Shown: piece after piece, positions 18,832-27,495 of the stretch
Layout of the letters: the number at the start of each line of letters is the position of its first letter
How positions within the stretch are numbered: the first letter of the stretch is position 1
Source of the DNA: Candidatus Arthromitus sp. SFB-rat-Yit
GTDB taxonomy: Bacteria > Bacillota > Clostridia > Clostridiales > Clostridiaceae
NCBI RefSeq assembly: GCF_000283555.1
Contig: NC_016012.1
Coordinates: 810,001 to 842,000 of the forward strand
Direction of reading: 5' to 3'
Length of the DNA stretch: 32,000 nucleotides
Translations under genes and position numbers: made by a program
The notes under the pieces: model-generated
What the model was told of the DNA's origin: nothing
The model's database searches: none
Seen by the model: the letters and a program-made list of their open reading frames with translations, nothing else

Positions 18832-20113
18832 CTATAATCACTCCTTTACTTTTCTTATGTTCATTTTCATCAAATCCGTAGCTCCTCTTAGATCTTAATC
18901 CCATATTATAGAAAAGCTTAATCAAAAATCTAGTTATAACTATAGAACTAAACATACTTAGAACTATACCTATTAGTAGAGTTGTTGCAAAACCTTTTAC
19001 ACTACCTGTACCAATAAAATATAAAACTAGACCTGCTATTATAGTTGTAATGTTAGAGTCTAGGATAGAATTCATAGCCTTATCAAAACCGATTTTGATA
19101 GATACTTTAACTGACTTTCCCTTTGTTAATTCTTCCCTTATTCTCTCAAATATCAAAATATTAGAATCAATAGCCATTCCCAAAGTTAATAATATACCAG
19201 CTATACCTGGCAATGTCAGTACAGCACCTATAATTGCAAATACAAATAAAAACAAGATCATATATATCGCTAAAGAAAATACGGAAATAATTCCAGGAAA
19301 TCTATATCTAATAAACATAATGATTAATATAAAAACAAATCCTATTAAACCAGCCTTTATTGTATTTGGAAGAGATTCTGCTCCTAATGTCGGACCAACC
19401 TTATTCACAGATATAGTATTAAGTGTAACTGGCAATGCTCCTGATTGAATAATACTTGCAATTTTATTAGCCTCTTCAAAACTCATTGATCCTTCTATTA
19501 CTGCTTCTCCATCAGTTATTTGAGTATTAACCACAGGCTTTGTTAATATCTGGTCGTCCATACTTATTTCTATAATTTTATTTATATTTTTACCTGTGGC
19601 TTCAGCAAATTTTTTCGTGCCTTCATCAGTAAATTTTAGTTGTATTATTGCTTTCCCATCTTGCGTTAAAACTGCAGTAGCATTTTTAACATCGCTACCA
19701 GTGAGCAGTACATTTCCTTCTTCATCTTTAAAATTTAATTGACCCGTAGATGTCAGAGTTTTAACTATATCATTAGAATCAAATTCACCCGCAAGATCAA
19801 TTCTTATACGATTACTTCCCTCTATAGTAACAACAGGTTCGCTCAGTCCAAATTTATTAACTCTTAAAGATAATAACTCTCTAGTATTTTGAAGTGTTTC
19901 TTTGGTTACATTTTCATCAACTATTTCTTGTAAAACAGAAACTCCACCCTGAAGATCTAATCCCTTTAGTATAGAATCATTAAAATTCTTAAATTTGTAT
20001 CCTAAAATTTCAAATCCCTTAAATCCCCAAAATGTACAAAATAAAAATAATAATAACACTAAAATAAAAATAAATAGTGAGGATCCTTTCGAAGTAAGTT
20101 TATCTTTTTTCAC
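18809..20113 (-). CDS. secD: Protein translocase subunit SecD
   Basis: Multi-TM protein with a large periplasmic-type loop. Motifs GLDLQGG and AIDSNILIFERIREE. The track's TTG start (20128) lies on the GAGGAGG RBS. GTG 20113 (MKKDKLTSKG...) sits 6 nt after that RBS. Confidence 0.92.
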   Translation of the reverse strand: MKKDKLTSKGSSLFIFILVLLLFLFCTFWGFKGFEILGYKFKNFNDSILKGLDLQGGVSVLQEIVDENVTKETLQNTRELLSLRVNKFGLSEPVVTIEGSNRIRIDLAGEFDSNDIVKTLTSTGQLNFKDEEGNVLLTGSDVKNATAVLTQDGKAIIQLKFTDEGTKKFAEATGKNINKIIEISMDDQILTKPVVNTQITDGEAVIEGSMSFEEANKIASIIQSGALPVTLNTISVNKVGPTLGAESLPNTIKAGLIGFVFILIIMFIRYRFPGIISVFSLAIYMILFLFVFAIIGAVLTLPGIAGILLTLGMAIDSNILIFERIREELTKGKSVKVSIKIGFDKAMNSILDSNITTIIAGLVLYFIGTGSVKGFATTLLIGIVLSMFSSIVITRFLIKLFYNMGLRSKRSYGFDENEHKKSKGVIIDEHNEKI

Positions 20114-20159
20114 AATGTACCTCCTCAAATAGACTTATCCTATAGTAATAATAATTTTA

Positions 20160-21548
20160 TTAACTAGTCACTTTTTCCTTAGACTTTTCATATGCTTTTA
20201 ATGCTATAGCCATTTCAATTCTTTTTTTCTGTAACTTACATCCTATTTTATATGGATTTAATATAGAATTTGTAAATTCATGATTATTAGCCTGACATCC
20301 TCCACTACAATAAAATCTAGCCCAACACTTATTACAATCTTCCTTTTTATATATATTAGCTTCTTTAAATTCATTTATAATTTGGGGTTCTGATATTTTA
20401 TCCTTATACAAAGAATTTATATTTCCAATAACAAACTCTCTCTTACCAACAAATTGATGGCATGGATAAATATCACCACTTGGAGTAACAGCTATATATT
20501 CGAATCCAGCACCACATGCAGAAACTCTTTTGTATACACAAGGACCTCCTTGTAAATTTATATTATAATGATAAAAATTAACCTTTTTACCTTCATCAAT
20601 AGAATCTCTCAAATATCTATAAATTTTATCATACTCATCATAAATTTGTTCTAAATCTTCAAAGCGTATGGATATTTCCTCATTTTCTTTTACAACAACT
20701 GGTTCAAGAGAAATTTCCTTAAATCCTTTATCAACTAAATGTAAAAAATCATTTGAAAAATCTAAATTTTGATGCGTATAAGTGCCTCTTACATAGTATT
20801 CCTGACCTTCCTCTCTCCCATCTACAAGTTTCTTAATCTTATCAATTATAATATCGTAAGACCCAGTTCCTACCGCTGTCAATCTCATATTGTCATTAAC
20901 TTCTTTTCTACCATCTATTGACAATATTATATTTTTCATATTTTTATTTAAATATTCACTAATTTCATCGTTTAATAAAATTCCATTTGTTGTTAGTGTA
21001 AATCTTATGTTTTTATTAACTTTCTTCTCTATACTTCTTGCGTATTCTACTAATTTCTTTATCATATCAAATGCCATAAGTGGTTCACCACCAAATAAAT
21101 CAACTTCGATGTTATATCTTGGACCACTTTGGCTTATCAAAAAATCTAACGCTCTCTTAGCAACATCTAGAGTCATTATTTCTCTTTTTCCTTTATATTC
21201 GCCTTCATCTGCAAAACAATATTTACACTTTAAATTACAATCATGAACGACATTTAAGCACATTGCTTTCATATATTCTTGCTCATTATTTATTCTTACC
21301 TTCTCTTCATACATATCTTTCGTATACAAAACATTATCATTAATCAATTCTTGTATCTCTAATAAAACTTCATCTAAATCTTGTTTTAAGTATTTATCTC
21401 CAAATTTGTCCATAGCTTCATTTAATGTAAGTGGCTTGTCCGATCCCAATACATCATAAGTAATTTCATCAATTTCCATAAGAGATCCTGTGTTAACATC
21501 TAAAACATATCTTAAATCATCTATAAAAAATTTGTGAATCAATTCCAT
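20160..21548 (-). CDS. scfB: Radical SAM/SPASM thioether-forming SCIFF peptide maturase
   Basis: 462 aa. Radical SAM CNLKCKYC (CxxxCxxC). C-terminal auxiliary-cluster cysteines CVYKRVSACGAG...YPCHQ...CNKCWARFYCSGGCQANN. N-terminus MELIHKFFIDDLRYVLDVNTGSLMEIDEITYDVL is typical of this family. It lies directly downstream of a six-Cys 45-aa precursor ORF. Confidence 0.88.
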   Translation of the reverse strand: MELIHKFFIDDLRYVLDVNTGSLMEIDEITYDVLGSDKPLTLNEAMDKFGDKYLKQDLDEVLLEIQELINDNVLYTKDMYEEKVRINNEQEYMKAMCLNVVHDCNLKCKYCFADEGEYKGKREIMTLDVAKRALDFLISQSGPRYNIEVDLFGGEPLMAFDMIKKLVEYARSIEKKVNKNIRFTLTTNGILLNDEISEYLNKNMKNIILSIDGRKEVNDNMRLTAVGTGSYDIIIDKIKKLVDGREEGQEYYVRGTYTHQNLDFSNDFLHLVDKGFKEISLEPVVVKENEEISIRFEDLEQIYDEYDKIYRYLRDSIDEGKKVNFYHYNINLQGGPCVYKRVSACGAGFEYIAVTPSGDIYPCHQFVGKREFVIGNINSLYKDKISEPQIINEFKEANIYKKEDCNKCWARFYCSGGCQANNHEFTNSILNPYKIGCKLQKKRIEMAIALKAYEKSKEKVTS

Positions 21549-21570
21549 AATACTTTACCTCCGTAATCAT

Positions 21571-21606
21571 ATAAAAAATAAATAGACCGATCAAATCAGC
21601 CTATTT
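21571..21606 (-). terminator. Intrinsic terminator/attenuator between the SCIFF precursor and its maturase
   Basis: The minus transcript aaataggctgatttgatcggtctattt forms a 12-bp stem (two G-U pairs, 3-nt loop; 21580..21606). It is followed by ATTTTTTAT, and lies 22 nt upstream of the maturase RBS/ATG. Confidence 0.6.
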
Positions 21607-21662
21607 CAATACTTCCAAAAATTATCTGTCATATAGGTTGACAAATTGTAATTTATGCTCAA

Positions 21663-21800
21663 TTATTTTTCACAAACTATATTTGCTACTGTACAAGAGG
21701 TCTTACACGCAGATTGGCAAGAATTTGCACATTCTTTACAATTTGTATCTTTTATAGTATCTTTTATAGTATTTTTAACTAAAATTTTAATATGTTTCAC
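21663..21800 (-). CDS. scfA: SCIFF (six cysteines in forty-five residues) ribosomal peptide precursor
   Basis: Not in the ORF track. GGAGG-N8-GTG at 21800, stop TAA at 21665..21663. The product is (M)KHIKILVKNTIKDTIKDTNCKECANSCQSACKTSCTVANIVCEK, 45 aa, with Cys spacing C-x2-C-x3-C-x3-C-x3-C-x6-C. Confidence 0.88.
   Translation of the reverse strand: MKHIKILVKNTIKDTIKDTNCKECANSCQSACKTSCTVANIVCEK
21745..21772 (-). repeat. Perfect 12-bp tandem duplication inside the SCIFF leader
   Basis: The plus-strand unit atcttttatagt occurs twice in tandem (21747..21758 and 21759..21770). This encodes TIKD-TIKD in the leader peptide. Confidence 0.9.
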
Positions 21801-21831
21801 TAAAATTACCTCCAAAAATAAACTCCCCAAA

Positions 21832-21840
21832 ATTATAACA
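21832..21840 (-). promoter_or_regulatory. Extended -10 promoter element upstream of the SCIFF precursor
   Basis: Minus strand reads TGtTATAAT (TG at 21840..21839, TATAAT at 21837..21832), about 32 nt upstream of GTG 21800. There is no good -35 hexamer. It sits just downstream of the preceding gene's terminator. Confidence 0.4.
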
Positions 21841-21879
21841 TATTTAATTCTTTACATCTAGAATTATTATTTTCATAAA

Positions 21880-21924
21880 ACTATATAAAAAGTTCGATAG
21901 AATTAAATATTACTATCGAACCTT
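21880..21924 (-). terminator. Rho-independent terminator after the 642-aa gene
   Basis: 9-bp stem gttcgatag (21892..21900) / ctatcgaac (21913..21921), extendable by a G-U pair and two A-U pairs, with a 12-nt loop. It is followed by TTTTTATATAGTTTT on the minus transcript. Confidence 0.75.
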
Positions 21925-21940
21925 ATTACAATTTTATCTA

Positions 21941-23869
21941 TTAAATCTTTTCTGTTTCTGTAGTAGATTGTGGATTAGAATCATCAAATAAAAATTTCAC
22001 TTTTTTATCAAACTCATCTGAATTTACCATTTCGTTTGCAATCTTAATTAAGACTGATGAATCATCATTTTCTTCAGCAAATAACTCTTTATAACGATTA
22101 GTCCAAAATTCAAATCCAGCATCATCAGGCTCACGATTAACTATCACTCGATAAAGACCTTTTATTTTATCATCAACTGTTTTGTTTTTATTAGTAAATT
22201 CATTCTCAGATAAGAGGTTTATTACAAAACTTTTAGGTGATACAGTCTTATTTCCAATTTCATTTACCCAATAAGCAAATCCCACCTCATCAGCATCTCT
22301 ATCTAAAGCATTTCCATATACTTCAGCTACAAAATCTCTTACTTTATCAATACCACCTTTTGTTTTGAACTGTGATATATCAATAGTTTGATTAACAGAA
22401 TTTTCATCCTTATAAGTTATAGTAAGATTTTTGTATATCTTACTTGGAACAAGTCCTTCTAATTTAAGTCTAGATGTACCATCAAATGATACTTTTATTC
22501 CTTTAGTATTAATAGAAATATCTTTAGCTTTCTTAAATCTATCTATTAAAGTTTGGTTGCTTAAAAGAATTGAAATACTTGTATCTGATATATCTGACCT
22601 AGTTATATCAGTAGATGTTATACTTAATATCTCAGTTTTATTATTAGTCATATTATTAGAAGATGTTCCAGAGCTTGATTCTAAAGTTTTAAATGTTTGT
22701 CTAGAAATTTCATTACCCAAATTATCAAATAAAGCAGCAATATAATTTGTATTTTGAGATAAATTATTTATCGTATATGATTGCTTTTTATGTTCTGCTC
22801 CGTCTAAAACAAGTTTTTCCTTAACAGTTCCAGATTCTTCTCTAATCTCAAGAGTTAACGGATATTGTTTATTCCCATTTTTATCATTACCATTTGTTCC
22901 AAAAAAAACATCAAAAGTTACACTATTTGAATCAAGTCTTGACCTTTCAAAATTAAATGTATTAAGTTGTGTATTAAACGTAATATCTAATAATCCATCT
23001 GCTTCACTTATAAAATATTCATTATTTTGTTTATCTGTACCTTTAAGAGCAATACCAACAAAACAACTGTATCCACTTTGTAAATCGTTAAAAGTTAAGT
23101 CTTCAATTTTATATTCACCATTACCTATTTTGTCAACTTTAGCCGTTTGTTCCATTGCTTGCTGTGAAATAGCTATATGTCCAATTGTAATTTGAACATC
23201 CAAATTATCCAATTCAATAGATGTATTTAATAAACCAGATAAAGTTATAGAATCTTGTCCAATAACTTTACTTGTAAAATCAAATTTAATTCCGTCTTTC
23301 AATTGATCAAGATTCAAAATACCCTCATTAAATTTACATGAATTAAATGTAACTTGTGTATTAGAAGCTATATCAAACATCGGTTCATTTAAATCCTTAT
23401 TTGAAACCAACATCCCACTAATATTTAAAGGATTATTAGTTTCTATTCTTATTAAAGGACCTTTCACTTCATCATCTCTTGTTACTTCTAATAAATCATT
23501 AACATTTAAACTAGTAACATCATCACCTATTACTAAGGAACTATTATTACTAATTAAGATCTCTACAAGTTCTTCTTTTTTTGTTTTTTCTTCAATAGCA
23601 TCAACAATTTTTTTAGTTAATTTAACTTGTCCTATTATAATCAAAGACCCATTGTCATTTATTCCTTTAATAAAATCTTCTTCACTTGTTTCAGATGTAA
23701 TTTCTATTGGTTTTGATTCTGAAGGATTTCTATCATTTTTATTCTTTGAAACAACAGAATTTTGCATATTATTTGCAACTTCACTAGCCATAACATTAAT
23801 AGAATTAGGTACTAAAACTAGTCCAACCATAACACTTAAAAGTAACTTTGATATTTTTTTAAATAACAT
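21941..23869 (-). CDS. Secreted or cell-surface protein with two C-terminal DUF4214 repeats; function unknown
   Basis: 642 aa. N-terminal signal peptide MLFKKISKLLLSVMVGLVLVPNSINVMASE. Central beta-rich, Ig/FN3-like segments, judged by eye. Two DUF4214-type repeats (FVAEVYGNALDRDADEVGFAYWVNEI...SENEF and LYRVIVNREPDDAGFEFWTNRY...NSDEF). No LPXTG, SLH or choline-binding motif was seen. Confidence 0.7.
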   Translation of the reverse strand: MLFKKISKLLLSVMVGLVLVPNSINVMASEVANNMQNSVVSKNKNDRNPSESKPIEITSETSEEDFIKGINDNGSLIIIGQVKLTKKIVDAIEEKTKKEELVEILISNNSSLVIGDDVTSLNVNDLLEVTRDDEVKGPLIRIETNNPLNISGMLVSNKDLNEPMFDIASNTQVTFNSCKFNEGILNLDQLKDGIKFDFTSKVIGQDSITLSGLLNTSIELDNLDVQITIGHIAISQQAMEQTAKVDKIGNGEYKIEDLTFNDLQSGYSCFVGIALKGTDKQNNEYFISEADGLLDITFNTQLNTFNFERSRLDSNSVTFDVFFGTNGNDKNGNKQYPLTLEIREESGTVKEKLVLDGAEHKKQSYTINNLSQNTNYIAALFDNLGNEISRQTFKTLESSSGTSSNNMTNNKTEILSITSTDITRSDISDTSISILLSNQTLIDRFKKAKDISINTKGIKVSFDGTSRLKLEGLVPSKIYKNLTITYKDENSVNQTIDISQFKTKGGIDKVRDFVAEVYGNALDRDADEVGFAYWVNEIGNKTVSPKSFVINLLSENEFTNKNKTVDDKIKGLYRVIVNREPDDAGFEFWTNRYKELFAEENDDSSVLIKIANEMVNSDEFDKKVKFLFDDSNPQSTTETEKI

Positions 23870-23904
23870 TTAATCAATATCTCCTTATAATAAAAATTGA
23901 TACT

Positions 23905-23933
23905 ATTGTAACATTTTTTATTTATAATTACAA
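23905..23933 (-). promoter_or_regulatory. Candidate promoter for the DUF4214 protein gene
   Basis: Minus strand reads TTGTAA (23933..23928), a 17-nt spacer ending in TGt, then TACAAT (23910..23905). It is 36 nt upstream of ATG 23869, which has an AAGGAGA RBS. Confidence 0.45.
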
Positions 23934-23949
23934 TGTATGCTGAAAATAT

Positions 23950-23985
23950 AAATAAAAAAAGGAAAGCCTGAATTAACTTTCCCTT
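23950..23985 (-). terminator. Rho-independent terminator after yajC
   Basis: The minus transcript aagggaaag-N10-ctttccttt forms a 9-bp stem with one G-U pair. It is followed by a U-rich run (TTTTTATTTAT). It starts 6 nt after the yajC stop. Confidence 0.7.
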
Positions 23986-23990
23986 CTGTG

Positions 23991-24296
23991 TTACGCATTA
24001 TTAGACTCATTTTCAATTTTTTCTATAGATTCTGAAGCAATCGTTCCTATAGAATTTTTCAAAAAAGTTAATCTTGTTTTATCTGGACCTGTTTCTAAAA
24101 CCACTTCATTTTTATCATTATCTATTGAAATAACTTTAGCAACAATTCCACCTCTAGTAACAACCTTATCATTAACTTTTATATTATCCAACATTGATTG
24201 ATACTTCTTTCTTCTTCTTGTTTCTGGAAGTATCATTATTACATATAAAATTATTAAAAACCCTATAGGTATAAGTAGGTTAACAAAAGAACTCAT
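23991..24296 (-). CDS. yajC: Preprotein translocase subunit YajC
   Basis: 101 aa. Single N-terminal TM segment followed by RRRKKYQSMLDNIKVNDKVVTRGGIVAKV, typical of YajC. Located downstream of tgt. Confidence 0.9.
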   Translation of the reverse strand: MSSFVNLLIPIGFLIILYVIMILPETRRRKKYQSMLDNIKVNDKVVTRGGIVAKVISIDNDKNEVVLETGPDKTRLTFLKNSIGTIASESIEKIENESNNA

Positions 24297-24308
24297 AAAA
24301 ATCTCCTT

Positions 24309-25436
24309 TTAGTGTATTCCCCATTCTCTAAACTTTTGATTCTTGAAATTAGAGAATTGATTTAATTCAATAGCTTTTCTACTCTCTTCTAATAGTTTAT
24401 TATAAAAATTCAAATTATGCAATACACATAATCTCATGGATAACATTTCCTTAGATTTAAATAGATGACGTATGTATGCTCTAGAATAATTTTCACATGC
24501 CTCACAAGAACATTTTTCATCAATAGGTCTATCATCAAGTTCAAATTTTTTATTAATTAAATTTATTTTGCCTGTACTAGTAAAAAGTTGTCCATGCCTC
24601 CCATTCCTTGCTGGCAAAACACAATCAAAGAAATCAACACCTCTATATATCGATTCTAAAATATTTTCAGGAGTACCTACACCCATTAAATATATTGGCT
24701 TATGTTTTGGTAAATATGGAACTACTTCATCTATAATATGATACATTTCTTCTTTCGTTTCACCAACTGCCAATCCACCTATAGCATACCCAGGCAAATC
24801 TAAATCGGAAATTTGTTTAGCATGTTCAATTCTTATATCAGAATATACACCACCTTGATTAATTCCAAATAAAAGTTGATTAGGATTAATGGTATCATCC
24901 ATCTTATTTAACCTGTCCATTTCAGCAATACATCTCTTTAGCCATCTAGTAGTACGAAAAACAGAATCAATAACATAACTTCTTTCGGAAGGATTTGGTA
25001 TACACTCATCAAATGCCATCGCTATTGTAGAAGCCAAATTACTTTGTATTTTCATACTCTCTTCTGGTCCAATAAAAATTTTTTTGCCATCTAAGTGTGA
25101 ATTAAACTCTACTCGCTCTTCTGTTATTTTTCTAAATTTAGAAAGTGAAAAAATTTGAAAACCACCAGAATCAGTTAAAATTGGTTTGTTCCAATTAATA
25201 AATTTATGTAGTCCTCCCATTTTTTTTATATTTTCATCACCAGGTCTAAGATGCAAATGATATGTATTGGATAATTCAACTTGACAATCTATTTTATTTA
25301 AATCCATAGTTGAAACTGCACCTTTAACAACCCCTTGCGTACCAACATTCATGAAAACCGGCGTTTGAATTGTACCATGTACTGTCTTAAATTCACCACG
25401 TCTAGCCCTACCATCTACATTCAATAATTTATACAT
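24309..25436 (-). CDS. tgt: tRNA-guanine transglycosylase (queuine tRNA-ribosyltransferase)
   Basis: TDSGGFQ, GGLAVGE, and the zinc site CSCEACENYSRAYIRHL. The track's TTG start (25451) lies upstream of the GAGAGGAG RBS. ATG 25436 (MYKLLNVDGRARRGEF...) is preferred. Confidence 0.94.
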   Translation of the reverse strand: MYKLLNVDGRARRGEFKTVHGTIQTPVFMNVGTQGVVKGAVSTMDLNKIDCQVELSNTYHLHLRPGDENIKKMGGLHKFINWNKPILTDSGGFQIFSLSKFRKITEERVEFNSHLDGKKIFIGPEESMKIQSNLASTIAMAFDECIPNPSERSYVIDSVFRTTRWLKRCIAEMDRLNKMDDTINPNQLLFGINQGGVYSDIRIEHAKQISDLDLPGYAIGGLAVGETKEEMYHIIDEVVPYLPKHKPIYLMGVGTPENILESIYRGVDFFDCVLPARNGRHGQLFTSTGKINLINKKFELDDRPIDEKCSCEACENYSRAYIRHLFKSKEMLSMRLCVLHNLNFYNKLLEESRKAIELNQFSNFKNQKFREWGIH

Positions 25437-25465
25437 AAATACTCCTCTCAAAAAACATATCTGGA

Positions 25466-26488
25466 TTAAATTATAATCATACTATCACCAAAACTAAAAA
25501 ATCGATACTCATTTAATATTGCTTCTTCATAAGCAGTCAATATTTTTTCTCTGTTATAAAATGCACTAATTAATATAATAAGCGTAGATTTAGGTAAATG
25601 AAAATTAGTTATTAGAGAGTCAACAGCGCTAAACTTATATCCAGGTTTTATAAAAATATCTGTATATCCCTTTTCTCCTACACATTTACCATTTTTACTA
25701 AATACAGTTTCAAGTACCCTAACAGTTGTAGTTCCAACAGATACAATTTTATTTCCTTTAGATTTTGCTAAATTAATAAACTCCGCAGCTTCATTGCTAA
25801 TTTCATAATACTCAGAGTGCATATTATGATTATCTATATCATTTGTCTTAACTGGCAAAAAAGTACCCAATCCAACATGCAAAGTTATATATACAATTTT
25901 TACACCTTTATTTCTTATTTTAAGCAATAATTCATTTGTAAAATGGAGTCCTGCTGTAGGAGCAGCAATTGATCCTATTTTATTCGAATAAACAGTTTGA
26001 TACTTTTCTTTATCTTCCAACACATCTTTTATGTATGGTGGTAATGGAATGGTTCCATTTTTATTTAAAATATCATATATTTCCCCATCATAAGTAAAAT
26101 TAACAATCCTATTACCATCTGGATTTATACCTATTACTTCCATTTCAATTTTACCATTTATAAAATGAAATTTTTTGCCAACTAAAGCTCTCTTCCCAGG
26201 TTTACACATAACTTCCCAAATTTTACCTTCTATATTTTTAACTAATAGAACTTCTATCTTTCCACCATAACTGCTTTCTCCATAAATTCTAGCCGGAAAA
26301 ACTCTCGTATCATTTAAAACCAATACATCATCTTTATTCATATAATTAATTACATTTACAAACTCACTATGTACAATATTTCCGTTCTTTCTATCAACAA
26401 CCATTAACTTAGATGCATCTCTGTTCTTTAATGGTTTCTGGGCTATAAGTCTTTCTGGTAAATCAAAATCAAATAAAGCTATATCCAT
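25466..26488 (-). CDS. queA: S-adenosylmethionine:tRNA ribosyltransferase-isomerase
   Basis: 340 aa. FDFDLPERLIAQKP, AAPTAGLHFT, VGTTTVRVLE. Confidence 0.95.
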   Translation of the reverse strand: MDIALFDFDLPERLIAQKPLKNRDASKLMVVDRKNGNIVHSEFVNVINYMNKDDVLVLNDTRVFPARIYGESSYGGKIEVLLVKNIEGKIWEVMCKPGKRALVGKKFHFINGKIEMEVIGINPDGNRIVNFTYDGEIYDILNKNGTIPLPPYIKDVLEDKEKYQTVYSNKIGSIAAPTAGLHFTNELLLKIRNKGVKIVYITLHVGLGTFLPVKTNDIDNHNMHSEYYEISNEAAEFINLAKSKGNKIVSVGTTTVRVLETVFSKNGKCVGEKGYTDIFIKPGYKFSAVDSLITNFHLPKSTLIILISAFYNREKILTAYEEAILNEYRFFSFGDSMIII

Positions 26489-26501
26489 AAATTACCTCAT
26501 A

Positions 26502-27491
26502 TTATCTATTAATATTAAAATATTTGTAAGTCTTATCAGTTGCTACTCTACCTCTTGATGTTCTAATAATAAAACCTTGTTGTATAAGAAAAGGTTCATA
26601 AACATCTTCCAAAGTGCTGGTTTCTTCTGACAAGAAATGTGCTATAGTTTCAATCCCTGTAGGTCCTCCTTTAAAATTAAAAACTAAAGCATATAAAATT
26701 CTCCTATCTATTTTATCTAGTCCAAACTCATCGATTTCCAAAAGATCTAATGCATATCTAACCAATTCTAGATCAACAAAATTGTTTTTTTTAACTTGTG
26801 CAAAGTCACGAACTCTTTTTAAAATTCTATTAGCAACCCTTGGCGTACCTCGAGAACGTTTCGCTATTTCAATAGCTGCCTCATCAGTTATATCAATAAA
26901 TAAAATTCGAGATGACCTAACTATTATTTCCCTCAACTCATCATTTGTATAATAATCCATTGCCAGTAATACACCAAATCTATCTCTCAAAGGGGGCGTT
27001 AAAAGTCCCAATCTAGTAGTTGCTCCGACTAAAGTAAACCTAGCTAAATCTATTCTTATCGATTTAGCTTGTGGACCTTTACCAATAATTATATCCAGGG
27101 CATAATCTTCCATGGCACTATATAAAATTTCTTCAACCGTACGACTCAATCTATGTATTTCATCTATAAACAGTACTTCCTTCTCTTCAAGAGATGTTAA
27201 TATTGCTGCTAAATCTCCTATTTTTTCTATAGCGGGAGCTGAGGTTATCTTAATGTTACTATTCATTTCTTTAGAAATAATGGTAGCAAGCGTAGTTTTA
27301 CCAAGTCCAGGTGGACCATAAAATAAAACATGATCTAATGAGTCACCTCTAATATTGGCTGCTTCAATAAACACTTTTAAATTATTCTTAACCTTACCCT
27401 GTCCTATATATTCATCAAAGCTTACAGGTCTTAAACTATATTCTTTTGAATCATTTATAGAAAATGATGTGTTAACCAATCTGTCATCCAT
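26502..27491 (-). CDS. ruvB: Holliday junction branch migration DNA helicase RuvB
   Basis: 329 aa. Walker [12 protein letters not shown], Walker B/sensor [23 protein letters not shown]. Confidence 0.96.
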   Translation of the reverse strand: MDDRLVNTSFSINDSKEYSLRPVSFDEYIGQGKVKNNLKVFIEAANIRGDSLDHVLFYGPPGLGKTTLATIISKEMNSNIKITSAPAIEKIGDLAAILTSLEEKEVLFIDEIHRLSRTVEEILYSAMEDYALDIIIGKGPQAKSIRIDLARFTLVGATTRLGLLTPPLRDRFGVLLAMDYYTNDELREIIVRSSRILFIDITDEAAIEIAKRSRGTPRVANRILKRVRDFAQVKKNNFVDLELVRYALDLLEIDEFGLDKIDRRILYALVFNFKGGPTGIETIAHFLSEETSTLEDVYEPFLIQQGFIIRTSRGRVATDKTYKYFNINR

Positions 27492-27495
27492 AACA

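Noticed and set aside
21638-21666. TTGACA-17-AATTAT on the plus strand, which could drive an antisense RNA across the SCIFF precursor.
   Set aside because: The -10 hexamer is weak (4 of 6), and such matches are frequent in AT-rich DNA. There is no supporting structure or terminator. It is only worth revisiting if strand-specific RNA-seq shows antisense signal.
21655-21861. A plus-strand 68-aa ORF filling the gap between the maturase gene and the 642-aa gene.
   Set aside because: It is antisense to the far better supported SCIFF precursor, which has an RBS, a family-typical 45-aa six-Cys product and an adjacent maturase. The plus-strand ORF has no RBS before its ATG.
22901-22908. An A8/T8 homopolymer inside the surface-protein gene (also runs of 7+6 at about 23575), considered as a slipped-strand phase-variation tract.
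   Set aside because: Runs of 7-8 A/T also occur in housekeeping genes here, for example accC at about 3811. They are expected at this base composition and are too short to argue for phase variation.
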